This document shows positions 33,891 to 45,302 of a stretch of DNA of 64,000 nucleotides, one piece after another (within the stretch, counting starts at the first letter, position 1; each line of letters begins with the position of its first letter). Position numbers and translations under genes: made by a program. Below the pieces are notes generated by a model. It was not told the origin of the DNA and ran no database searches. It saw only the letters and a program-made list of their open reading frames with translations. Source of the DNA: Proteromonas lacertae (taxonomy: Eukaryota); the NCBI GenBank assembly GCA_002245135.1, contig NGBS01001163.1, positions 62,001-126,000 of the forward strand, read 5' to 3'.

Positions 33891-34089
33891 TTAATTTATA
33901 TCCTTTTAAGTAATATATATTAAAGGGGTGAAGAAAATTATGAGGAAAAGTATCCTTGAAAAGAGTACATATCTATTATATTAAATGCAGTATAGTTTAT
34001 AATCATAATAAGCTGATATACATAAGAAAATGAATATTCTAATCCCAAGCTTTTAAAAAGGCTTGAATGTTATTTATTGAAATTTAAGA

Positions 34090-34653
34090 ATGAAAAAGCT
34101 TATTTCAAAAAGGAAACTAGGTAGAGAAACATCACACAGACTTGCTTTAATGAGGTAGTGTTATTATATGGTATATATTTGATAGAAATCAAGTCACTTC
34201 GCTAATATTACATGAAAGAATAAAGACTACAGTTCCAAAAGCAAAAGAATTAAGAGTATATGCTGATCATGTTATAACATGGGGTAAACAAGGTATTTTT
34301 CAGCATTTATTGTAATTAGGAGATTTACATGCTATAAGAGAAATAAATAAAATAGTTTATGATAAAGAAGCAGCAAAGAAAGTATTTGAAGTGTTGGCTC
34401 CCAGATATAAGTATAATTAGAGAATTAATGTTTAGGGAACGTGCAGGTGGTTATACAAGAATATTACGATGTGGTTATCGAGTAAATGACAAAGCTCCTG
34501 TGTGTTATATCGAATATATTGATAGGTATTTTATTGATTTTGTAATTTTGATAATATAGAGAAGGAGAAATACGTGCATGTAAGCATTCATATTTACCAG
34601 AAGATATTAGACCAAAATTGTCATCTGAAGTTCCACAAGAAAATTTTGAATAG
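34090..34653 (+). CDS. MRPL17: Mitochondrial ribosomal protein bL17m (5 exons)
   Basis: [38 protein letters not shown]...[13 protein letters not shown]. Confidence 0.95.
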
Positions 34654-34755
34654 AATTATAATAAAATTAAGTAATTAATATTTCTTTTTTCCTTATTATT
34701 ATTATTATTTTATGGTTTATATAATGACATTACAAAATAAACACATTATAAATAG

Positions 34756-35969
34756 CTATTTTAATTTCTCATTTATCTCATCTCTCACTCTATTGAAATA
34801 AGGATGCTTTAATGCTTCATTAGCTGTTATTCTATTCACATGATCAAATTGTAACAATTTTGACAATAAATCTAACCCATCCTCATCAATAAATTGTTGA
34901 TTAGTTTCATTTACAAATTTACTAAAAGGCTTCTTCGTTCTAACACCAATCAAACCATCATATTCAACACCTAAATCAATCTTATACTTCGTAAGATAAT
35001 CAGTAAAATCATTAGAACCAAGTACTTTTATTATCTGTATTAATTGATCATTATTATCTCTTCCTTTAAACATTGGTTCTCTTTGAAATATCAATCCAGC
35101 CATTGTACAACCATAACTCCATAAATCCAAACTATAATTATATTCTCCATATCCAACTAATAATTCAGGTGATTTATAATATCGAGTAGCTACTCTTACA
35201 TTATATTCATGGCCTGGGTAATAATAATCAGCTAAGCCCCAATCAATTATTGATAATTTATTGTTTTCTTTATCATACATTATATTATGAGGTTTTATAT
35301 CTCTATGTATTATTCCATTTTTATGACTATATTCTATTCCCTATTTAAATTCATTAATATATTTTATACACATAATAGCTTGTATAAATAAGATCTTACA
35401 TCAAAATCATTCATTTGTCTATATAATAATCGATAATTAATATTATCTGTCCATCCTAGAATTAAACTAATTCTGTTTGTTTCAGGATTCTTTACTACAT
35501 CGTATAATTTTGATATAAATGGACAGTTGTTTAATTGCTGTAATACTTTTATTTCTCTATTAATTATATAAATAATAATAACATTACCTTTTTATTTTCA
35601 TTGGTTTTACTGGTTTTAACATCTTAATTACTCTATGCTCATTATTTGTTATATCGATTCCTTCATATACATCACTATATTTCCCATGTCCAACTCTCTC
35701 AATTATCTCATATTTACTTAGATCACCGAATTCTAATTCTAAGTTTTCATAATCCCAATATTCTTGCGGCTTTGCAACATTTACGTTTTGATATACTCTT
35801 GAAAAACTTGGTAGAGCTATATTGATTTTAAAAAAATGAAAAATGAGTAATATGTGTATATCAATTGAATAAACAGTAAAATAGAATAATATATACATAG
35901 ATTTCTAACAAAATTATTATTAAAATGTGTAAGAAGCTTTCTGTTACGAGAAATTAAACCAAATAACAT
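34756..35969 (-). CDS. Casein kinase II alpha with N-terminal presequence-like extension
   Basis: SRVY.NVN...EYWDYE, GHGKYSDVYEG, KMLKPVK, HRDIKPHN, DWGLADYY.PG.EYNVRVATRYYKSPELL; exon 1 (35969-35897) splices in frame through intron 35817-35896. Confidence 0.92.
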
Positions 35970-36108
35970 TCTTCAAACCATAATCAAGCATACATTCCAT
36001 TTCAAACCGAAAAAAAACATGCAAAAAATAAAAATGTATAAATAATTTGATTATAATCTTCTACTAAATGAAGGAACTAATTCAATTTTTAATCAAAAAA
36101 ATAGTTTA

Positions 36109-37725
36109 CTAAATATTACTGGGATTTGAAGAAATTTCAGGTAATGTTGCAGATATTCTATCCTTAATAGGTGGTAATCTGTTCGCACTACTACCATTCT
36201 TACTATTACTACCATTGTGATTCAACTTAATAAAATTTGATTGATTATCTTTGTTCTCAGTCTGTTTAATATCATTATTACCTTCATCCTCATCCTCATC
36301 TTCCTCTGCTTCATCAAGATCAATTGATTTAACAAACTTACTATTATTATTATTATTATCACTTTTGATTTGAGAATTTGTATTATTATTGAAGATATTA
36401 TAAGGTATATTATTTTGAGGTAAATCTTCAAATGTATCAACTTTCGTTGATATTAACCATTCATGCAATAAACATTGTTCTAAATTAATACGTTTCTGAG
36501 GATCTTTTTCAATCAATTTCTTAGTAAGATCAACTACAGCTTCACTATCTCTATTAAAATAATTTGGTTCAGTGTTTTGTATAAGTTCATAGATATCAAC
36601 AATATTGTCACTGTTAAAAGGTGAACTACCAAATGTGAAAATGTATAAGATAATACCTATTGCATATGTATCACATTTCTATAGATTAATAATAAATATA
36701 TTAATTATTATACTTTTGCATGGTATTCTTCACCTGTTAGTGTTTCTGGTGATTGAAATAAAGCAGTTCCAACTGTGTCATGGAAAATATCATTTCCATT
36801 TTCACATATTTCAGAAACACCAAAATCAGTAATTTTTATAACGTTTTTCTTGGTTAATAAGATATTATCTGGTTTTAAGTCACGATGAATTATCTAAATA
36901 ATAATAATTACATTAAAAAAATACATTATGTTGATGTAAATATAAAACAGCTTTGATTATTTGAAACATATACAATTTTGAATTTTCTTCTTTTAGAGGC
37001 TCAACAGGGAAATTGCATGATATTACTGGACCACCATCAACATATTCATTAAATAAATATGTTTTATCATTCTCTATAGAAATAAATACAAATTGATAAT
37101 ACCTTCATCTATTACAACTTCTATTAATTTCACAATATTTGGATGGTTCAATTGTTTCCATATTTCTATTTCATGACTTTCATGTGGTTTTGGAGGTTTT
37201 ACACCTGGAAATCCAAGTACTTTGGGTTTGATTTTACAAACTTCTTTCATTGCTACAAATTGAGAATTGTGAGTGTTTAGACATAAATACACACTTCCAT
37301 AAGCTCCTGTTCCTATTGTTTCTATTAGAACACTATTTAAATATATTTTATAACTATTCAATATATATATATATATACTATTGATTAATCACTTCTCTAT
37401 CTTGTTCATCATAACTCTTTTTGTATAATTTACTTTCGACGCATTGATATTGTCCCATTTTATTGACTGAATTTCTTTTATCATTCGGATTTAGCTGTAA
37501 TCCAGAATTATCATTTGTTCTGCCTTTATCTTTTTGATAATCATTTATGGCACTGAGCCTTGACTCGTTGTAATTAGCAGCAAGTACTGATTTTGTGACA
37601 TGATAGCTTACATCAGTTGATACAATTTCATTTTTCTTATCACCTGCTAACTCATTATTGCTATTAGTGTTATTGTTCTTATCATCATCTGGATGTACCT
37701 TTACAGTAGACTCTTTACATCCCAT
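36109..37725 (-). CDS. CaMKK-like Ser/Thr kinase with N-terminal acylation motif
   Basis: MGCKES (myristoyl/palmitoyl), IGTGAYGSV, EYVDGGPV, HRDLKPDN, DFGVS, VGTALFQSPE. Confidence 0.85.
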
Positions 37726-38252
37726 TATTTTATTAAAAAACGATTTATAACCGAAAATATACCCTATTTTTTAGAATAACCAAGTATTTAAAAAACATCA
37801 GATTGCCATCATTTTATACGTTTATTCGTTGATTAAACCACTACAAATAGAATTATTGGTAGATATATCCTATTTAAATCTATATTTTATAATAATACCA
37901 TATATTCTATAATTATGAGTGTATAAGTGTTATATAATATCAAAATGGATAAAACATTACTAACAGAATAAAGACAGATTTTAATTAAATACTTAACTCG
38001 AATTTGGAAAGGATTCTGCCGATGAAGATATTTATAATCAAATTAATACATTAAGCACAACAGATGGAAGAAATATGTTATATCATTATAATTCATTCGA
38101 TTCAGAAGATATAATCTATTTAGAAGAATAACCAATCAAATTAGATTATCATGAGTGTTCTTTCACACTTCATATTCTTTCTTTTTAATAAATATTTTTG
38201 TCACTATTTTTCTTTCTTCAAAATAACAGTATTTCGATCAACTTATTAATAA

Positions 38253-38689
38253 TTCGAAAATCTCCAGCGTTAGATTCTGTTATAAGAACTGAAAGTGAAT
38301 TAGATTCTTATCGTTTTGGAACAATTCATGAGGATGAAGATGATGAAAATGAAGAAAATAGTAGTGATGATTATTATAAACGAAATAGACTAAATACTTC
38401 ATCATCTGTGACAACGTATAAAAGTGATGATAATGATAGTGATTATAATAATAACAATAATAATTCCACGAGAAGTAGTATTCTTGTATCAAAACCACGA
38501 ATGTCAGTAACTGAATCACCTTATGTTAAATATACCAAGTCATTTACAATGCCAAAGAACAAGAGGAAGAGTTTTATGAAACCAACACCACCAGAGAGTC
38601 ATTCAGCTTATGGTGCAGAACCAAAACCTCCAAAACATCCTCTTAGACAATCAAAAGTATATTCAGGTAGAAGATCTGGAAAGGTTGAA
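38253..38689 (+). pseudogene. Internal fragment of the IPT-domain gene (inverted copy of 62549-62985)
   Basis: Near-identical RKSPALDSVIR...RRSGKVE sequence; lacks native start and end. Confidence 0.92.
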
Positions 38690-39166
38690 GTAGAACTTGA
38701 GATTGAATATATTCTTTCATCTAACCCTATTGTCATAGTACTAGTCCTTGTTCTGCTGTCCCATATCTTAGCTTGTTTATCCCATCCACCAGATATGATA
38801 GATGCTATTGATGGTACATATTTAATTACTTTTATTGCTTCATCATGTGAACCAAGGTCCATTGATTGATTGGTTATTATATCATAACTATAAAATGGAT
38901 ACATAAGTAGGTAATACCATTTAACTTTTCGTTCCATTCCTCCACTATAAATATGTTCTGAATCAGCAAAACAACAATCAAATACTGGTCCAGTATGCAT
39001 TGTCTGCACTTTCATAACTCTCTGTGCAACATCATATAGGTAAACTGACTATATGAATATAACAATAAGATGAATACTTTATCCCATGATGATACTGCCA
39101 AAAAATCAGAATGTGGAGCAAATTGAACGGATGATATAGCATCTAATGTTGGAGGCTCTAGATCGA
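38687..39166 (-). pseudogene. 5'-half fragment of BUB3 with both introns retained (inverted copy of ~59897-60375)
   Basis: Near-identical to the BUB3 locus; lacks the ATG and the 3' half. Confidence 0.92.
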
Positions 39167-39168
39167 GC

Positions 39169-39195
39169 ATCTCTTACTCTCGCTGTTAATGACAT
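39169..39195. repeat. 27-bp direct repeat, copy 1
   Basis: atctcttactctcgctgttaatgacat; 26/27 identical to 44113-44139. Confidence 0.9.
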
Positions 39196-39207
39196 TAAAA
39201 TAATCAT

Positions 39208-42200
39208 TTAATAGTCTATATGGAATATTTATAATCAACTTTTGATAACGCTGATTTACTTATTCCTTTTACTACATCCTTAATCATTAAAGTCATCTAC
39301 CATTTCATTTTCAATATTTTTTCTTTTATTATCCCAAATTCCTATAATACCTCCATAATATTCATAGTTATCTATGTGTAATTTAATCCTTTTTTCTATT
39401 TCTTCATCAACTGATGTCTTATTATCATGAATAGAGTTATAGTTAGTAAATCCACTACTTTCTATTTTCAGATTTGGATCTTTTATTAAAATTACATTTC
39501 TAACTTCATCTTTTGTAAATGGAGGTATATACATCACCAATGGACATCTTTTACTTTGAAATGTTTTACATTTTTTTTTTGTTGGATCATCTAACGCTAT
39601 TATCATTATAGCATCTGGATAATCATCTTCACCAATCACTCCTTTATCAACAACAACTATATATGGATAATTACACTTACTTATATCTTCTTCATTTGGT
39701 ACTTTTATACCTTCACATATAAAATCAACTCTAAGGTTTTGATTCTTTATTCTAATTGTGTGTCTAATTCTTTCAACAATTATTTCAGCTAAAATTGTTT
39801 TACCTATTTTAGTATGACCAAATATTAAATAATTTCTTTGATATGGATAATTAACATTAAAATCATCAGGATAAATAATTTTCAACATATCTTTGAAACA
39901 TTTTCTCTCTAAAAAACGTTGTGTATTTGACTTCACATATACATCAAAATCTTCTATTGTTGTTGCTGGTAGTGGTTTTGATAGGGGTTTTGATAGTCCA
40001 TCAGATATATCAGGTACATTGAAACTTCTTTTGCCATATATTAAATTTCCATTTTTTATTACACAATACATAAAATCACCACTTTTAATTTCACTATATT
40101 CCTATTTTATTATATATATATATATATTCATACTCTTATAGAATTTTGCATTTCCTCTTCAGGTATATTCTTCTCATCAAATATTATATTATCTAATAAT
40201 GTCTTTATAAACACTCCATCCATGATCAGATCAAAGTAATTATTTTCATCCAATATAAAATAAACAAAATTCCATCCATCATAAGGATAATAAACAGATA
40301 CTTCTTTCTTATGATCCAATATAAAATCAGGATCACTTGCAATAACATCCTCACCAGAATCTTCATCTCTAATTTTTAGCTTAATCTCATTAGTACTTAA
40401 ATCATATGCTGTTATCTGTTTCAATGCCATTCTTTTCATATATTCATCAGTAAATGATATATACTTATCTTTTACTGCTTTATATTCTGACGGATGTTTT
40501 AGGAGGATAGAATTTACAGGATATATAATTATGAACTGAATTGGAAATGAATACTAATTCATCTTTTGGTTTTAATATAAAATGCCCTAAATTATTATCC
40601 CATTCTGGCTGTAAATCATATTTCAATATAATGTTGGATAAAGGATCATTTAATAATTTCGTTCTATACATATATTTCTTTACAAAATCTTTATAACTAC
40701 TAGCTCCTGCTACACTTTCTATCAATTGTTTATAATACTCCCAATAATCTCTATTTTCATAATTCATTTTATACAAATAGTGATAATATATTTGTCGAGG
40801 AATATTTCCATATCTCTCACAAACATTACTAAAATCTGTATCTCTATTAAAACCAATACAATTTTCAAACCATTCTTCTATTTCTGTATTACTTAATGAA
40901 TCAAAATATAATTCTTTTCGTTCGTTGGTATATTGATCATTATTTTTACTTTCAGGTGAGCTAACTGAAATTATTATGTTATCTTTTCCAAAGTTTCCAT
41001 TAAAAGTGTCAACTATTATTATGGAATTATTGATATTACGTGTATTAGTTTCAATTTTGAAGATGTAACCATTTTTCAATAAATATATTTTCCTTTCATT
41101 TGGAGATCCGTATCTCTTTCCTTTTATTATATAAATGTCTTTAAAGTGTTCACTATTACTATTCCATATATTCATAGCTTTTCCTTTTCCAAAATAATAA
41201 TTTAATCCTTTCTTTATCATATCATCATAATTTGCATTATTTGCTAACCCAATTTCTTTTACTTTTTCTTCTTTTTCATTTAATATATTCCATATTCTAT
41301 TCATTTCTTCATATTTCTGTAAAAGTTTTATATTCTTTTCTTTTGAATTAGTCAGTTGATTTATATCTTCAATCATATTCATTATTCTTAATGATAATAT
41401 ATATCCACGTACAATTTGATTGAATGAAGCTTTTTCTTCAATTTTAATGAACGTATTAATATCAATTAATGTAGAAAAGTTGTATGTTTTATAATAATTC
41501 TGAATTCTTTTTATAGTGTTATTTATATGTTCTACACAGATTTTTCTATCTACATTTGTTACTAGAATATTTTCTTTAAATTCAGTAATTGTATAAGAAC
41601 AATAATTATTTTTTCTGTAACTGCCAATCAAAGTATTTTCACTTCTTTTATCTGTAAAAATAGTATATAATGTTTTATAGTTTGATTCAACATCATTTAT
41701 ATATTTACTAATCAAACTTTCATTATGAATATTATTACCCTCAAGTTCTTTTATTTCTTTTATTAATTGTTCTTGATTTTTATTTTCAGGTAATTGTTTT
41801 TTAAGATTTTCTATTTCTCTTTTCAACTCTTCTTTTTCTAAATATTTCATTATATCTTCATCAAATTGGTATGATAAATTATTCTTTATAAAGAACAGTA
41901 AAACATATATAAACGACGTTTTACCAATACCTGGCTGACCTGTTATTACTATATCGAAATTCTTTCTGGAGAATATTATCTTACATATATCACTAAGCAT
42001 TGTATAATAATCATCTCTGATGTAAATAACGTTTCTAGGAAACTGGAATACTTTTACATTTGCTAGAGATAAATCTAAATATTTCTTTGTTTGATCTTGT
42101 TTAATACTACCATCTTCATTAAGTATATTACATTCAACAAATTTCAAATTATTAACTATTGTTATAAAACTATCAGGTTTTTCTAGATTTACATTCTCAT

Positions 42201-43524
42201 CAGCATAACAGTTTAAGAATATGATTAAATCTGTAATATCACTTTCATTTATATACTTACTTTGCTCATCATTTAATATAAATCTAGATTCTATAATTTC
42301 TTTTATTGGAGTAATATCAGTGTTTGGTTTATTAGCTTTTGTTAATGATAATTCATGCATCCAGTAATACTTTTCATAATTATACATTCCATAAATACTA
42401 TTTGGTAATCCTAATTCTTCGGCTGTATACAATTCATTATACATACCATAAATACTATTTTGAAAATCTATTGTATTTTTATACATTGTAATATCATTAA
42501 ATCCATAATTTTCTCTTTCTTTATAATATTCTATTAATTTAACTGAACCATTTTTATCACCAATACTAATACATGGTTTAATAAGTACTAATGAGTTTGT
42601 TGATGTGGGATAGGCTTGTAGAGATAGTATTGTAGAACCATTTGCTAGTATAGACCAAATTTTCATATTCATATTATATACCACTTCATATATTCCTCTT
42701 ACTCTAAGTTCAACTAATCTTTCATTTGGTATACATCCATTTTGACAATAACCAAAACTAATACCTGCAGTACCAACACTCATTATTTCATAATAGAAAT
42801 GATATATTCCTTCATTCTCTTTCATTTCTTCATTTATTATAAAACTATATTTATAATTATCTTCACCTCTGAATATTTTATTACAGACAATATATTTAAT
42901 TCTATCATAAATATTATCACTTTCATTATAATATAAGTTCTTTTTACGTGTTTGAAAATTAAATAAATAAACTCTTTCTTTATTAACATCATCAATATGT
43001 TGTAATTCTATATCTCCTTCAGCTTTATATCTTTCTATTATAACTGGTAATTTCCAATATTCAATTAATTTTACTACATTACCTTCACATATACCAGCAA
43101 ATAATGTAATTATATCTGGATAAATTTGACAAACTTCCACTTCTTTACCATTTCCTTGTCTGATTGTCATTCTTTTGTTTAACATATCACAAATCACTTC
43201 ATATACACCTACATTTCCTATAATGCTTTTTATATTATATGGTGCGTTTATTCCATCAAATACTTCCGATTTATCACTTAATAGCCTAATGTATGGATCA
43301 TTCACTGTAACTTTATCATAATATTTACAATAACCAAAATAAATATCACTTTTAAATTGCATAACTTCGAATTTGAAATGGTAAACTTTACCTTCTTCCA
43401 TATGACAATTAACAAAGTAGGGACCTTTATACAAATCTTTTCCTGTGAAAATCTTTTTTGATTGTGATGTAAAAACATCAGCTAATTTTCTTTTCTCAGC
43501 CTTATAACTTGGATTATCACTCAT
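39208..43524 (-). CDS. Crinkler/RHS (CR)-type protein: two SPRY-like N-terminal beta repeats plus two P-loop NTPase modules (~1430 aa after frameshift correction)
   Basis: IYIRDDY...ITGQPGIGKT...IIIVD...VSSP...LYFDSLS..E...YGNIPR; second module IFGHTKIGKT...VVVD...MYIPPFTKDE...YYGGI; the three ORF-track pieces join via a +1 homopolymer shift (~40495), intron ~40102-40133 and a shift near 39290. Confidence 0.72.
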
Positions 43525-43646
43525 CTTATTTTTGAATTTAAATACTATTTCTATAAAACGAATTATAATATTTCTAAAATATATACAATAATGTAGTCAG
43601 AAGAACTTATAGATGAGATAAATGTAATTATAATTTGAATGAATAG

Positions 43647-43702
43647 CCAATCAAATAGTACCAAGTGTAACCAATCAAATCTATTGAAATCAACCAATCA
43701 AA
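43647..43702. promoter_or_regulatory. Three CCAATCAAA boxes upstream of the NTPase gene
   Basis: Copies at 43647, 43671 and 43694, 123-178 nt upstream of ATG 43524. Confidence 0.5.
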
Positions 43703-44112
43703 AACCGTAATTTATTTTTTTTTGAATTTCGTTTTTCTCATGATATGTAATGAGATGGAGATTAGTATTTTGTAGATTGGTTTCTATTTATATGTTATAA
43801 TTAGTTTTATGCTTTTGAGTGATGTGATATGATTTCAATCGATTTTATACTACTTGTTGAAACTGTTATATAAAACATATACTTTGACCATTATTACCTC
43901 AATCATGCTTTTTGATGATAGGGATTGTAGAAGGGATGGACATTTTCATTAACCTCCTCTAATTGAATGACATTTTCATTTAATAAATAGAGTTTAATAC
44001 ATAATATGTTGCTAATTATTACTTAAGTATATGTTTACTTTTTACTGTCGAAGATGCAATATGAGTTGAGTTGCTCTTTCAAATTATTTAAATCATAATA
44101 ACTGCAAACCTT

Positions 44113-44139
44113 ATCTCTTTCTCTCGCTGTTAATGACAT
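44113..44139. repeat. 27-bp direct repeat, copy 2 (also the start of a decayed minus-strand gene MSLTARERDKVC...)
   Basis: atctctttctctcgctgttaatgacat; an intron at 44012-44038 follows a 101-nt first exon. Confidence 0.9.
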
Positions 44140-44242
44140 AGAATATATGGAGTTTATTAACCTAATATAAACATTAAACATTAATAATAATAATAATAAT
44201 AAAATATAAATTTATCATATCCTTCTTCATTTCTTCATAAAG

Positions 44243-45302
44243 AAAGAATATGATAAAACAATGGAATATTATAAATCAGCATTATAAATATCATTAACAA
44301 ATGTAGCTTTAATATTACATTATGCTATTCCAACATAGTATGAATTAGGTATTATGAAAGATTTATACAACATTATGTTATATGAATCTTGTATATATGA
44401 TTTATTCATATATAATATTATCTAGAATAACAATGAAGAATGTGATAAATATTTTCATAGAGCATTAGATACTGCAGAGATTAATATTGATAAATATAAC
44501 TGTGGTAAAAGTATAGCTGATAGATATTATGAAATTGTATTAAGATTATTACTATTGAATGAATAGGATGACTTTAAAAAAACATTAGAATATTTAAATT
44601 TTGCTTTAGAAAACGCATCAACAAAAACAGAAAAATATCAATGTAATTACAATATTAGCACATGTTATTATTACAATGTATAAACATATGCAATTTGTTA
44701 TTAAAATAGGATGAGATTGAAGAATCAATGAAATATGTTGAATCTGCACTTGAATATGTTGAAGCTGATTATCAAAGATGTGATTATCATTGTGGTATGT
44801 GTAGATGTTTATATAAACTTGGTAAAAAAGAAGAATCATTAATACAATTTAAGAAAGCATTAGAATTAGCCAAGAGTGATTATGATATATTTTTATGTAA
44901 TTTTAAAATGTGTAAATGTTATTTTGACAGTGTATGATATATAATATATTATTATAATGAAAATAGAATGAGATTGAAGAAGCAAAGAAATACTTAGATG
45001 AAGCTAACAAGTATATATCAAGTGTAGAAGATGAAGAAGAAAGAAAAGAATTTGAAGAGATTTATAAGAAAGTATATAACAATTAGAGAAATTTATCAGT
45101 TAATATTATTATATTAAATATCACACTGTTTATCGAAATAATATACATCTGTTATGATATTTTCATAAAGAATAATTGATTTCAATAATAATGTAGGCTT
45201 GATTCTAAGCTTGTATCTTTTCATTTTATTTTTTTGAAATCAATTGGTTATCATGCAAAAAACACCACATGAAGAAATTTCAAACGCTGAAAAAATACCA
45301 GA
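44243..45302 (+). pseudogene. Inverted copy of the kinase-TPR 3' exons, the intergenic spacer and the first 16 codons of the SDR gene (source ~22166-23087)
   Basis: Near-identical to the reverse complement of 22166-22932; more diverged cassette at 44426-44536; decayed cassette at ~44243-44300. Confidence 0.9.

Noticed and set aside
37940..38170. Coding-like fragment at the left edge of the island
   Set aside because: Multiple stops and no recognisable motif; cannot be assigned
40480..40500. Programmed ribosomal frameshift between the NTPase ORFs
   Set aside because: No clear slippery heptamer or stimulatory structure; similar homopolymer indels occur in unrelated genes, so error is more likely
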